DNA of 63,918 bases, filler included, from Hyphochytrium catenoides (GCA_900088475.1; 8 parts of 8 records of this genome joined end to end with filler, not necessarily neighbours in it), one strand, 5' to 3'. Shown: positions 40,836 to 53,866, counted from the whole stretch's first letter. Made by a program: numbers and translations. The notes: generated by a model not told the origin, from the letters alone.

Positions 40836-43432
40836 TCAAGTGCAGTCGAGCACTTCGCTGAAGGGTCGCAGTGAACCCCAACGAGGCCCGCACGAAATAT
40901 TCACCTTAAAATTGACCTTCCGGAATGATGGAAGAAGGTCCCCTGGTACCTGAAGCATGATCTGTTCCACCAAAGAGGCAACCTTTAGGAGGTGCTGACG
41001 CTCCCGCCGGCACTCAACAATCAGTTCATCGTGAACGTGATGGACAATCTGCGGGCCTTGATCGATTCCAGAAGAATCTTCCCATCCTTTGAAGAGGGCA
41101 TGGATTTGTACCATGGCACTCTTAATGATGTCGCTGGCGCTACCTTGAATGACAGAGTTCACAGCCCGGCGTTCTGAGGCTGACCTTTCGTGGCCGTTGT
41201 TCGACATTATATTAGGGAGGTGTCTTCTTCTCCCTGCAATTGTCTGAACAAACCCGTTTCTTCTGGCATGAGAGCGCGTTCGGTCAATCCACCTCTTCAT
41301 TGTTGGGAATTGTTGGAAAATGTTGGCTGTGAGTTGGTTTGCTTGTGCTTTGCTAATGCTTAGGTCCTGAGATAATTTGACCGGGCCACATCCATAGATA
41401 ACGCTCAGGAAAACCTGTAAAGTCACTATCTGTTAGAGATCACCAAACGGCTGCTGTGCCAGCGGGAGTAGGTAACCCTTACCGTTTTCGCCTCGTCGCG
41501 TTGCCGCTTGCTAATTTGCCCAACGTCTCGGTTCAATGTGGAAGCTAGCTGGGCATACACGTCTCCGTCCTGTCTGAAGAGCTGTACTAGATTTTCATCT
41601 GCAGACAGACCTGCCAGGACCCTGATCTCCATCTGACCATAGTCAAAGGATGCGAAGCATCTGCTACCCTCACTAGGGATGACTAAGTTTCTCAAATTGA
41701 GTGATTGACTGGATGCGACTTCAACTGTCTTTGGAAAGGCTTGGATATTTGGACTGGCACAGGCAATACGACCAGTGGAAGTCTGACAGAGTTTCCAGCT
41801 CGGGAAGATTCGTTGAGTAGGGTTAGCGGAGGCTTGGCCTTTCAAAGCATGTGCCAATGGGGTTATGTAGGCATTCAATAGCTTCGACAACCGCCTAAAC
41901 TCCAAGATTGTGCCAATCAAGGGATGCTGCCCTTCCATTGATCGTAGCACCTCTTTGGAGGTGGACGCTCCAGTTTTCCCCACCTTCCCTTCCAGAGGCT
42001 TCAGCTGCAATGTCTCGAAGAGTATATGGCCGACCTCCTTCCAAGATGCCATGTTGAAGTTGCACCCTGTAAGGTTGTAGGCCTGTCTTTCAACCACACC
42101 TATGCTCGACTCTAGGATGGTCCTGAGCTCTACAAGAAGATTTACATCGACAAGAACTCCAGTGTTGTCAAGATGCGCCAGTATTTCCGCCATGGCCATC
42201 TGTTCCTTCAAACAAGACATCTCTTTAAGGCCATTTCGAAAGAGAAGGCATGTTGTTGATTCGTAAATGGAGGCAAGGGACTTGTGGTTCATGATAAGTC
42301 GCTTCAAAAGAGTGGTATGTATGCCAGAGCCAATTGAGGATGGAGTCGGTGTCCCAGAAAGAGCTAGGTTGGCTTCACTTTTGTCAAGTGCTTCTCTTAG
42401 GGTCTCGAATTGCAAGTCGGCGTCCCGGCGGTCAGTGTCCACTATCCAATGGACGATTTTGACATCAAAGCAGTGTTGGACCATCGAAACATCTGAAGAA
42501 GAGTTGTCCAGTTCGAAAGCTTTCAATAAGCCAGCTGCCTTCAAATACAGATGGGCCTTGAGAATAGGGTGAAGCATGGACTGCAAGTCGTAGCATATTT
42601 TTCTAATCTTGGGACTGCGGAGGAGGGAGAACAGAAAGGTCCAGCACTCCAAGGAATTGAAATATGTATCTCTCGTACAACTCAATTTGGCTTCTTCTTG
42701 GCTGCAACATGGGCAAGGTTGCATGTAGTGTGAGAGCGGAAGGATATAAAGCAGGGAAGGGGCCTGAACAGTACTGAAGGTTGCATACAAGTCGGGTCCG
42801 CATGAGGTTGGGTGTTTGCTTTTCTTCTCAATGCTGTGGGTTTGAAGGTGTGGAGCATCAATAAAGCTTGCCTCGAACGATGTCTGTTTGGTCTCTGGGG
42901 CCAACATCGACATGAGCATTGGGGTGTCCTCTCTGTTCTCGAGGAACCTTTTAAAGTCCTCCATTCCAGTCCGTGATGTTAAAAGAATAACTTCTTTGCT
43001 CCAATCTGGATTAGAGGCACCACATAACCCTGGTCGTAACCCTAGTTGCTGATGAATCAGTTGTCTTGGCTCCTGGAAGCTGTTGGCGGGCTTGAGGTAG
43101 TTAGCTGAGCCCATTGAATGCTGGTGAACTCGTGTCCTGCCATGTTGGCTGACGTCAAGCCCATCAGATACAAGTAGGTTAGAGCAAGGAACTGTTATAC
43201 GGCCAGTAGACATGCCTTCGTTGCGAGGAGAGAAAGTATGTGAAGATTTCACGCGAACTGGCGAAGGGGGTCGCTGCTGGAGGCCTTGTGAATGGCTTGA
43301 AGAGCTTTTGGTGGAGAGGTCAACACTCATGGTGGTCCCAAACAGTTGCATGGCAAACTTGAACCCCGGTCCACCTGTGTGGAGGGCTTCGGGATCCGGT
43401 TGCACCTCAAGTCTAGGCTTCTTTTGTGACAT
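40836..43432 (-). CDS. Family A DNA polymerase (Pol nu/theta-like, no helicase domain visible); extra 5' exons likely to ~43920 or beyond
   Basis: QTSTGRIACASPNIQ. Motif A ASFDYGQMEIRVLA. Motif B RDEAKT | VFLSVIYG across a ~68-nt intron. ERRAVNSVIQGSASDI. Motif C HVHDELIVE. Confidence 0.92.
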
Positions 43433-44376
43433 TCTCTCTGGAGAGCAATTTTTGTCCCGCCAGTTCCTTTCTAGGACATCCAGCGGGAATATCGGTAGAT
43501 GTACAGTCTGAATGCTCTTGTCAGGCGGCCGTAGATAGGGTTGGTCGGATACATTTCCTGTCCTAGTTTAGAAGTAAGCTATCTCGACAACAGTGCTACC
43601 AGACATTAGCCCTTTTACCATGTGGAAGTTGTTCCGCGGTCCCGGAATCCTAGTTTTGGTAAGAGCTCCCGCTGACAAAGGAACAACAACGGTAAAGAAA
43701 GCACACGTGATAATGTGAAAGCTTCAGACGACCGAATTAGCAACAAGCCTGACGTTTACCTGCAGCTCGTACGCCTGATTACTCTTTAGCAATCTCCACA
43801 GTCTGGAAGGCTCGGGGGGTTTTGCGCCTGTATAAGCAAGCGGCCAATGTGCATCGTCCTCCATGAATTCGGAGACGAGAAAATTTGAGATTGACTGCAG
43901 ACACTGATTAGCCGCCAATACCCGTGGAGCTCAAGCTTGGAGACGGCGGAGGGATAGTGAGGACATTGAATACTAGGGGACAGGTATAGGAGACTCCCAC
44001 GACTTAGAGAGAAAGCGTTCCCTCTCAATCTCGAATATCTCTTTTAGCCCTGAATCATTTCCGTCACAGTGCCTCGCAATTCGCAAATCTTTCGTCAGGC
44101 TCCTAAATGAATTGGAGTAGAAGAGAAAAACTGAAAGGATGAAGAAAACCCTGCACACTGACGCCCACAGAGTCAGCGGAAGCAGCTAGGAAGTGGACTT
44201 TCCAGAAGTTGGTAAAAGGGACTCGACGACATTCTTCAATTGTCCTCTAGTGTCGGTAGCGCGGCAGTACACTATTTCCGGCGGGGCAATTACCCAGGCA
44301 ATCGCAGGGGTTAGATAAAAAATCGTATATATATTTAGAGAATTACAGAGCATAAGGTTGAGACGGAGTGGCGAAA

Positions 44377-46856
44377 TCAGGCAAAGCTCTTGGAGCATTC
44401 CTCTGCCATGGCGGTTTTCTTGAGAGTACAATACACTTCGAGGCTCCGTAGCTGAGACTCGATGTGCCCCTTCTCGTCAGTGCAAGTGAATAGAATTCTT
44501 GTAATGGTAGAGCTTAGGAGTTCTTTCTCACGAGTAAAGCGGAGTTTGTTTTCGTGTCGACTATAGCAAGGAGACAATGTCATTTGCGGAGCTCTCCTCA
44601 AACAGGAAAATGAGAGGTTTGTAGGCGTTACCTGGACTTGAGCTGTTGAAGCTCTTCAGTGTTCTGTGTGAGAAGTTGGTCAAGGTCCTTTCCATCCCTG
44701 AGTTCCTGTATTTTCATTTCCATCTCTTCTGTCTCCTCAACCTTCTGGTTTATTGCTTTGTCCAATGCCTGCGGCACTTTGTTAGTGGACTACCATAGAG
44801 ACTACAACCTAACGGCGCAATGTATTTACCTCCTTCTCACGCTTGTAAATGTCCTCCACTCTTCGAAGCTTGTTCTCAAGAATCTTAACTTCCTCCTGAA
44901 CCTCACTGCACTGTTCATGCTGACGCTCAACCTCAGCCTGAAGCTCCAATGATTGGTCTTGTGCGGAATACATTTGCTTCAAAACATGTTCCTTCACTTG
45001 CTCCAGATGAGGCTGATGGCATAAATGTTCGTATTAGTGTCGAGCATGTGGCTAAACATTCTGCCTGACAAGTACCTTGACCGCAACTTTAAAATCAAGA
45101 TTCAGTGCCTCTTTGGTACCGGGCCCACTCCGTGGGTTCATCTGAAGCTCAATAACCTTCCCAAATGCATATTTGGCATTAGCCGGAGCCAACTGCATCT
45201 TGGTAGCTTGCGAGTTGTACTGGAACAGAACTCTTTCGAGCTAGCGTATAGGTTAGGCTGATTACTATTAGTAGGGCTCCAAAAGTGCGGCACGGACCTC
45301 TTCGACGGCTTGAGCAATCTTCATTTCAGTATCCCACACGGTCTTCTGAATTTCATCCTTGGTGCCAGCCACAGCTGTTAGCTGATCCAAGAGTCTAGCT
45401 TTCTCTTGTCTGATGTGTTCGACGTCCGCAGCCGATAGCTCCTGATTGTCGATGGTATACTCAAGTGACCGGATCTCCTTTTTCAAGGTCGCCAACTCGT
45501 CCTCTGCATCGACTGGGTGAGTGATAGATAGTATTTTGGCAGAGGTATGGGTCAGGGTAACCTTTCTTCGCTAATTCCAGCTTCCTATCTTTGATCTTTT
45601 TGATAAGGCCTGACTTGTGGTTTTCAAGTTGAGAAATAAGGCTCTTAAACTTCTCAAGGTCACTTTGATAATCGCGTTTCCTGGCCTGCAGCTCTGGAAT
45701 GGAAGACTGTAGCAAACAGTGATCAATACGAGTCACTTTGACAGTGCAACTCAAGAACAGAAGTCTCAACCTTGGCACTTTTAAGGGCCTCGATTTCTCG
45801 TCTGAGGTCCTCGTTTGTGTCTTGAATGGACTTCAGCTCCGAAGCGATAACGCTGTTTCTGCTCTCTGTGAGGGCCGACTGTCAGCAACAATGAATAACG
45901 AGGAGATCAAGTGTCGTACCAAACTGCTGGACAAGCTCTTCTTCCAGGGCCGCATCTTGCTCGTCATCACCGCTCAGAAAGGTTTGATAGGCTTTGCCAA
46001 GGTAGTCGAAGAAGAGACGCTCAGTTCCTTCTCCATCGAAGTCCCGCTGCTCGAGTTCATGGAGCTCTGCTTCTTCTGCATACTGCCGAACGAATGTAAG
46101 GCTCAACTTTCGCTACTCGCTAAGTCTGTGGGCAGAAGAAAACATACCAGGAGGAGTTCAATGAGCCAGGTGACAGAGGCAAGAAGGGCTGGCCAGGTGT
46201 GGGGGCTTCCAACGGCAACCAGGGCAGTCTTGCTAATGGCAAACGGGTACCTGTCCGCCAGCTATAACGTCAGAGAGATTATTTACGCAAGAGAACACGG
46301 AGACACTAACCTGAGAGATCGGTATATGGTGATGAATTCTTCCTCAAACTTTTCTCCGAACACATAGTTGGTGTCTACTCGCCTTACCAAAAACTGAACT
46401 ATATTATGAAAGTCTTTCTTTGTAGGTCGCGTGAGAAGTTTGGGAGAGATGGCATAGTCATACTGGTGTGAGGAAAGATATTCAATCAAGCTCCTAATGC
46501 AGGCGTTAATGAAGGATTTATCACTCAGAGGCCGGGGATCGGACGTTCTTCCTCCTCCACCGAAGGCGCTTGATCTCCTGTTGGAGGCAGTTCGTAAGTG
46601 CTCCTAGTTCAAGCTATCGTTACATCTTGCCCCACCTTGTGGCACCCACGGAACTCTTGCGCTGCGTTGGCTGGACTGAGAGTCTGCTATTGCCACTGGG
46701 CTGAATTGAGTGCCTTGGGTTAATAACCTTGCTCGGGCCGAGAGCCATTCCTGGTCGACCAACACGAGCTGGCCCCATTGATTGGCGTCCCCCACCTAGA
46801 GATTGCCGACTGTTCATCTGAGAAGATGAGATCGGTCCAAGGGTAGTTCGCCTCAT
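44377..46856 (-). CDS. NDC80: Kinetochore protein NDC80/HEC1, multi-exon
   Basis: Basic tail MRRTTLG...RQS, then DPRPLSDKSF, PTKKDFHNIVQFL, FEEEFITIYRSLR | YPFAISKTALVAVGSPHTWPALL, followed by coiled-coil exons. Confidence 0.95.
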
Positions 46857-47263
46857 AATTTTTGGTTCACCTCCGTGAGGTCTCTATTCTCAAGCTCTGG
46901 CGCAAAACCTGTTCTAATTCTTATAAAACACCCGCTCGGAAAGCCCTGTTCTAAACTTTGAACACACTGATCTGGATTCAGAGTCCAGAGATCTGCTCTT
47001 GGAGGCTTCTCCCGCGGATGAGAAAGTGGACAAAACTCTCTTCTGAAGCTCCTGCGCTGTTGACAGCGGCGGGTTGCCGCTTGTAGTGCTTTAAAAGGTC
47101 TTTCCCGCATTCCTAAGACTGTGAATAAAGACTTTCTGTCTCTTGCCAAGTTCCTGAAAATTCAAATAACAACGGCTTGAAAGAAACAATGAAAGGTTCA
47201 CTGTAATCTATTGAAGCTTTCCAGTGTTCCATCAAGATCTATCTGCTTCTGATCCTTGCGGCC

Positions 47264-47402
47264 TCTGGACCCTGGACCCTGGACCCATCAACGTCCTCCT
47301 CCTTCTCATCCCGTCCTTCCTCCTCTCTCCACGCACTTCTGCCATGTTCGCATAGAGTTCTTACGCAATGGGCAATGGGCAATGGACATAGTTCTACGCA
47401 AC
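47264..47402. promoter_or_regulatory. Short tandem motifs in the divergent NDC80/pirin intergenic region
   Basis: (TGGACCC)x3 at ~47266-47286 and (GCAATGG)x3 at ~47365-47385, flanked by cata(ga)gttct(t)acgcaa twice. Function is inferred from position only. Confidence 0.35.
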
Positions 47403-47728
47403 AGAACGAGTGAGAGTGCTGTTGGGCGTCTGGCCTTTGGTCTTCTAACGTTGGCTGCGAAGGTCTGCTAACTACAGCTTTATTGCATCATCTTGGGAAG
47501 AGAGGCCAATCCTCTTCTTTCAAGGACAAGATCCATTAAGGACAGTCATCCTCGCTAGAGTGGAACTTCGTTCGTCGTCGAGGGCTTTCTTGCAACTTCT
47601 TTGACACCCTGTGCTGAGCTCTTCTCTGAGGTCACAAAAGGATTTGTCGGCCTGCTCTCTTCTGTAGGTAGTAATTGCTTGTCCCGGTACCCCTCATTTA
47701 GGATTCTTCCTTGTGGCGCTGAAGCTGA

Positions 47729-48663
47729 ATGCTCAGGCGCTTTAGTCTAGCCTTATTTGTGGCAAGTGCCGCTATCTGGCTTCACACACACTTTCTGGCT
47801 TCAAATAAGCCTCAGCCGCAAGACCTTGTACCACCCAAAGAAGAAGTAAGCGATCTGGACCCTAAGGGTTCCTTGGACAAGCAAGAAATGGCGTTTCGGT
47901 CGCGTATTGTAAAGCAAGTCGTACTGTCAGTGGAGCAGGGGGAAGGAGTTGGAGCGAGAGTCAGAAGGAGTATTGGGAGGCCGGAGCTCCGGAACTTTGA
48001 CCCTTTCCTAATGTTGGATGAGTTCAAGTCTGGCCCTCCGTCTGGTTTTCCTGACCACCCCCATCGAGGGTTTGAGACTGTCACTTATATTCTGCCATCA
48101 AGCAAGGGATATTTTCAGCATGAGGACTTCTGCGGCCACAAGGGGACCATTGGCCCTGGAGATCTGCAGTGGATGACAGCGGGAAAGGGCATCGTACACT
48201 CAGAAATGCCACTTGGAGACGAGATCTCACATGGACTGCAGCTCTGGATCAATCTATCTGCTAAGGATAAAATGTGTGACCCAGCCTATCAAGAGCTAAA
48301 GAAGGAGGATGTCCCTCGCGTCACCAAGGATGGCGTCACCGCAATCGTTATTGCAGGCGAGGCCCTTGGAATCAAGAGCCCTGTGTATACCAGAACTCCA
48401 GTTCACTATATCCATTTCCAGTTGGAACCCAATGCCGTTGTCAACCAGCCGATCCCTGAGGGCTGGAACGCGTTTGCCTACACCATAGAAGGCAAAGTCT
48501 CATTTGGAGGCAGCAAACCTATTGGACCCCATCACACCGTGACGCTGGAGCAATATGGAGAGGGAATCACACTATCTAGCGGGGAGGAAAGTGCTGAATT
48601 TGTACTCATATCAGGCCAGCCTCTGAATGAGCCCGTGATGCAGTACGGCCCTTTTGTGATGAA
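47729..48663 (+). CDS. PIR: Pirin (bicupin), intronless as far as visible, 3'-truncated by the spacer
   Basis: EQGEGVGARVRRSIG, DPFLMLDEF, GFPDHPHRGFETVTY, GDLQWMTAGKGIVHSEMP, GLQLWINL, EPVMQYGPFVM. Confidence 0.96.
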
Positions 48664-48763
48664 NNNNNNNNNNNNNNNNNNNNNNNNNNNNNNNNNNNNN
48701 NNNNNNNTTAATTAATTAANNNNNNNNNNNNNNNNNNNNNNNNNNNNNNNNNNNNNNNNNNNN

Positions 48764-49984
48764 GTTGGCGAAGAGGGAGTTCGCTTCACGGGGAAGAAAC
48801 GGCCTCGTCCTGACCCAGGCCGACAGCGAGAAGAAAGCTGCCAAAGCCCAGCGACGAAGCAAGATCGCCCCAAGCACACTCTGACAGAGCAGCATAAGTG
48901 TGATCGCTCTTGCGCATGCCATAACTCCTCCTGCCAAAGCTCAGCTGCGACAATCAAGAATGACGGTGGCCAGGGAGCTTCAAGCTTTCCATCCACCAAA
49001 GACCGTTGCCGTGCACCTCAAGCAAGTCTTCTTGAAGGTCGTGAAGACTCGGCTGGAAAAGAGCTGATAGCGACCCAGGCTCGCAGGAAGCTCTCGATCT
49101 CGGATCATCCTCCCAAGGTGTCCTGTCCGTTCCAGGGACCGGCCACTGAAGCTGTGCTGGTGCCTAACGGGCTGACCGCATCACAGCGCGAAAGTCAGGA
49201 CGCAGAGCTAATCATGATCTGGGACTTGGACGAAACACTGATTCTCTTCTCTTCTCTTCTTATGGGATCGTTTGCTGAGAAGCGTGGGAAGAATCGAGAC
49301 CAGAGCGTGAAACTTGGGGAAGAGATGATGAATCTGATTCTTCACGTGCTGGTAGGCTAAGTCGCTAGGGCTCCTTCTTTCTCCTCTGCCGTCCGGTCGG
49401 CCACATAGCTATCACGACTGCTCTATGGAGCGACCCAACTTCTTAACTACCGTTCAGTGTTCTTTCTTTATATCTTCTAGGCTTGCTCTTTTTTGCTTCT
49501 TGAGTATCTTCATCCAGTGGTCTCATCTAGAATCGACTCTCTATAAGTGATCTCTGCCTCGTCTCCTCTCGCCTACTCCGCAGGGTCGATATGTAACGAT
49601 GGGTCTCATCTAGAATCGACTCTCTATAAGTGATCTCTGCCTCGTCTCCTCTCGCCTACTCCGCAGGGTCGATATGTAACAAATCCATCATCTCTACCTC
49701 CTCTATTGCCTTCATGCACAGGATGAGTATATGTTTTTCAATGAAATTGACTGCATGGACCAGGAGCATATTAGCAACATTGCGAGCTTCGATGACCAGG
49801 TAGATCTTCAGGGATATGACTTTCGCAAGGACGGGCTCTGTCAGGTACGAATGCAGGCTTCTCTGGCTTTCTCTCATTTAAAGAGAAAGTATAAGCCTTC
49901 TTTTTGTATGCCCAAGTCTTTCCTCTTGGTTGTCCTAGGTGTTTGGCATGACTCTGCTCTGAGTGGCAGTGTCCACACTCCACA

Positions 49985-50034
<50 letters not shown>

Positions 50035-51126
50035 CTCTCTTTCTCTCTTTCGCCCTCTTCTCTTTTTTCTTTCTTCTTTCTTTCTCTCTGCTCACAATTC
50101 GACTTGGTCCATTATCACACCACGCCAATTGCTTTGTCATTGTCTAGGTCGTTTTTCTTCTGCCATTCCTCTACCACTACTTCCGAGCTCCTCGCCGCGT
50201 CATATCTGTCGAGTGCCTCGCTCTTTGCTGTTCGGGCCACCGCAATAAGATCTATCATCCTCACGCTCCCGTGTTCTGTACAGGCCTCTCGATATGACCG
50301 TGATTTTTTCCGCAAGCTCTCCTATCGCTATCGAGTGGTGGGAGAAATCTATCATTCTCAAGCAAGTAAGGTCGTGGACTGCTTAAGGCCGGACTCCGAA
50401 GCCTTTGGAGGAAGGAAGCAACTCCTGCACGCCATAGATGAACATACGGAGGGCTGGCTCTCTACCGCTTGGCAGTCACTGCAAGACCTGCGGAAAGAAT
50501 CTCGGGCCGCTAACGTTCTGGTGACGAGCAGTCAGCTAGTGCCGGCTCTGGTCAAAAACCTCGTCTACGAGATAGATCAACACTTTCCTTTGGCGAACAT
50601 CTACAGCTCAGCCACCGGGGGCAAGATGAGAGTCTTTGAGAAGATTGTCAAGCGATTTGGAAAGGATAAGTGCTACGTAGCGGTCGGAGACGGGCCAGAG
50701 GAAAGAGACGCGAGCCATCACTTAGGGATTCCCTTTGTCAAGGTCAGGAAGGACAGGGAGGGGGCGAGCAGATGCACTTGGAGGGTTAAAGCGAGGATAC
50801 TGGTAGAGCGTCCGAAGGCATAGGAGGCCCTGGGATAGAGCAGGAGAGCATGGGTAGGCAACCGGGGAGTGCAGGGTTCTGGCGACGCTAAGCAAAGGGG
50901 ACACGAGAGAGAGATGGTCATTAGATTGGGAGGCGATGGCTGGAAGCGGTGCTACCATTTCGCCGGGCCGAACCTAAGCGTGAAAGACGCTTCCATAAGT
51001 AGTAGGCGATGAAGACAAAGACGACAAAAGGGATTTGACTTCGGTTTTGTCCAGGTTAGCGATGCCGCAGATCTTCAGGAGGTAGCTCGGAAGGCTCTGG
51101 CCGGTGAATGGTCCCAGAAAGGATGA
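48764..51126 (+). CDS. EYA: Eyes absent (EYA) HAD-family phosphatase, 5'-truncated, at least 4 exons
   Basis: Motif I IWDLDETLILFSSLL; FFNEID; RKLSYRYR; motif II NVLVTSSQLVPALVK; NIYSSATGGK; motif IV VGDGPEE. Last exon VSDAADLQEV...SQKG*. Confidence 0.93.
49519..49680. repeat. Exact 79-bp tandem duplication in an EYA intron
   Basis: ggtctcatctagaatcg...gggtcgatatgtaac at 49519-49597 and 49602-49680. Confidence 0.93.
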
Positions 51127-52024
51127 AAGAATATTTGTCTCAACGTCGCCTCTTATTGTTATCGTGAAGAGGCATGCAGCTGACTCCTTGCCGGCCAGCA
51201 GCCGTTCACAACCACGCAACAAATCATGTTCTTAGCGTTCCCGCGCCATTCGTAACCTATTCCTGGCAACATAACCCGCACTGCTGCTCTGTGCCTTGGA
51301 GGTATATGCAATCAGATGAGTTTGCCCTCGCCGCCAGCTGTCCTCCTTGTTGGGATTGAGCGTCACATCCCTGCCGGCTAGCGGCTCCTGACGCCATGAC
51401 TGCCTCTCAGCCTGGTCAGAATAGCTGTCGGCCAGAAGACTGAAGGACAGAGGACCTTCTCAGCATAAGATGCCAGCGCCCGAGGCGTGACTATGGGAGA
51501 TGAAGGGCGAGCTGCGGCTGATCGAACAGACATCCACCTTTTGCCATACAGGTCCAGAAAGTATATCATCATGGTTATCAGTCCCATCTGGAAACGATTA
51601 CTTTAAGTAAGTGATTTACACATTTCAGTTTATCTTATGTGATATCATGTATGGGAGAATCTATGGGGATTATTGGTACCAAATGATGTCTGTATGAATG
51701 AGTGTGAATCTGGAGTGACCTTTCAGTCAGTGGAATTACCCGTCTGCTGGATATAGAATTATGTGTGATATCATGAGATAGTTGGAGGAGAGCGAGTTTG
51801 GTGAGCAGCGCAATGCGGCGTCTGGTTTCATAACTTGTGAGCTCCAGTCGAAAGGACCGAAAGTTATGATTGGGGTTTGGACAGTGTGACATAATAATTG
51901 CGTTCGTGCAGAGATAGTGATTCANNNNNNNNNNNNNNNNNNNNNNNNNNNNNNNNNNNNNNNNNNNNTTAATTAATTAANNNNNNNNNNNNNNNNNNNN
52001 NNNNNNNNNNNNNNNNNNNNNNNN

Positions 52025-52936
52025 GATGTGACACGGCCTCATAACTTCCAATAGCAGTCTTTCTCTTTGATCCCCTCTCTTGAGCTCGCTCCACAGCCGC
52101 TCCATAGCCTTCGTTGACCGCTCAATGTCTGGTCTGTCTCGCAGGAGAGAGAGGAGACGCCATGCATCTTGTTCCTTTTCACAATGAAAATAGCCGCGAA
52201 GGAGAGAGAGGAAGACGCTCTCTCCCACTTGTCGGCCCTCTCTTGCTTCTAGCCAAATGACCTCCAGTTCTTCAAGGCCGCTTGCATCTTTTCTTAGGAC
52301 ATAATAGTCTACCAGTGCGTCCAAACCTTCTCCCTTTCCCCATTCTTCTGCCTTCTTTCCTAGCTCAGCGGCTTGATGTGCTTTCTCTGGCTCTCCCGCC
52401 AAGAGATAACCGAGCGCCAACCAGCGCTGTGCCACAGGACCAGAGAAAGCGGCAAAGTCGGACGAGAGAGACTCGCAGAGAGAGGGAAACTTCTTCAGAG
52501 TTCCATTCTTTCTCATAAATCGCGCTGTGGCTGCCACAAACCGCGGGACGAAGAGAGCTCCGGCCTGTTGGAGTTCCTGAGCTTTATCAAGCAGCTCGCT
52601 GGCCCGGCTCTGACTCATATAGCTGGCGTAGATTGCCAGGGTCTCCGCGAGAAGACGCTGACACTGCTTACTAACCTTGGAAGAATGCAATGATGGGAAG
52701 TCTGCAGAAATGTCTTTCAGCATCTGAAGCTTCTGACTGGGATCCACCTGCTGCTGACAAAGAGCCAGACGATGAGAGAGAGAGCCTGTTTTCTCTCTTG
52801 AGGAGGTAAGGAAAAGAGGAGCTTTGGAGGGAGAAAGTGTTGAGAATGGTGCAGAAGAGGAGAACGGGCGAGAAAGAGAAGGGGTTGGCATTCCCATGCA
52901 ACGGAGAGGCTCCACTATCCTTCGCCAACGCTTCAT
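52025..52936 (-). CDS. Helical-repeat (PPR-like) protein with a mitochondrial-type presequence, 3'-truncated
   Basis: Arg/Ser-rich start MKRWRRIVEPLRC...RPFSSSAPFS. PPR-like repeat VFLSLLRGYFHCEKEQDAWRLLSLLRDR. ORF is open to the spacer. Confidence 0.6.
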
Positions 52937-53823
52937 CCTTCCCTTTGGCAAGCCCCAAGAGGAGAAAAACAGGTGGCTTGGAAAAATAAACCAAAGAGAA
53001 AGGAGAACGAGGGAGAGACAGGTATTAGGCTGCCCTCTCTCTCCAGAGATAGAGACGGAGAATCCTCTGCTAGGCTATCAGCCTTCAAAGACCGGTGATT
53101 GAAGGAGAGATGCCATAGTGACTCATTCTAGGCGCTGACGGACTACCCGCACAAGCGACCGCCGATCGAGAGAGAAAGGACGGACGGGGAAGGTATAGGA
53201 CGAGATAGCTGAGAGTCCAAGGGAAGCGGAGACCAAGCAGCTGGTGAGCCCCAGCGAGGGAAAGGTGGATGTGTCCAGAACGGGGGAGAAGAGAGAGAGA
53301 GAGAGAGAAGGAGAGAGAGGAAGAGAGAGAGGTAAAACTAGAGAGAGAAAGAGAGCTTTCGTCTAATGCATCCTCCTGCACCCTTCCCGGCCGTCGTTAC
53401 TGACTGTCCTCGTCAAGAAGATTTATGGAGCTCTTGGTTGAGAATGGGCATGCCATCCGAGTGTGTGAAGAGAGAAGAGACCCACCGACGNNNNNNNNNN
53501 NNNNNNNNNNNNGAGAACTTAGCTATCTCAACTTTGTCGCTATATTGTATTTCTATGGCCCTACCATATTCAATAGTCCATACCCTTAATGCCTAAAGTC
53601 GCTATATGTACCCTATTGCTGCCCCTATGGCCCCGAGATAGTCCTTGTTGATTGTAACCTATTAAAGGTGCGCTCTATCAGCGCACTCTGCGGCTCATAA
53701 CCATGAGGACTGATTGTGCGGTTTGGTAATGAAGCCAGCTATGGGGATTCGTTTGATGGAGGCAGTTGATCAACTGTTTTGATGATGGCTTTCTCCTGTT
53801 CTGATGAATAGCTTCTTTCTCTT

Positions 53824-53866
<43 letters not shown>

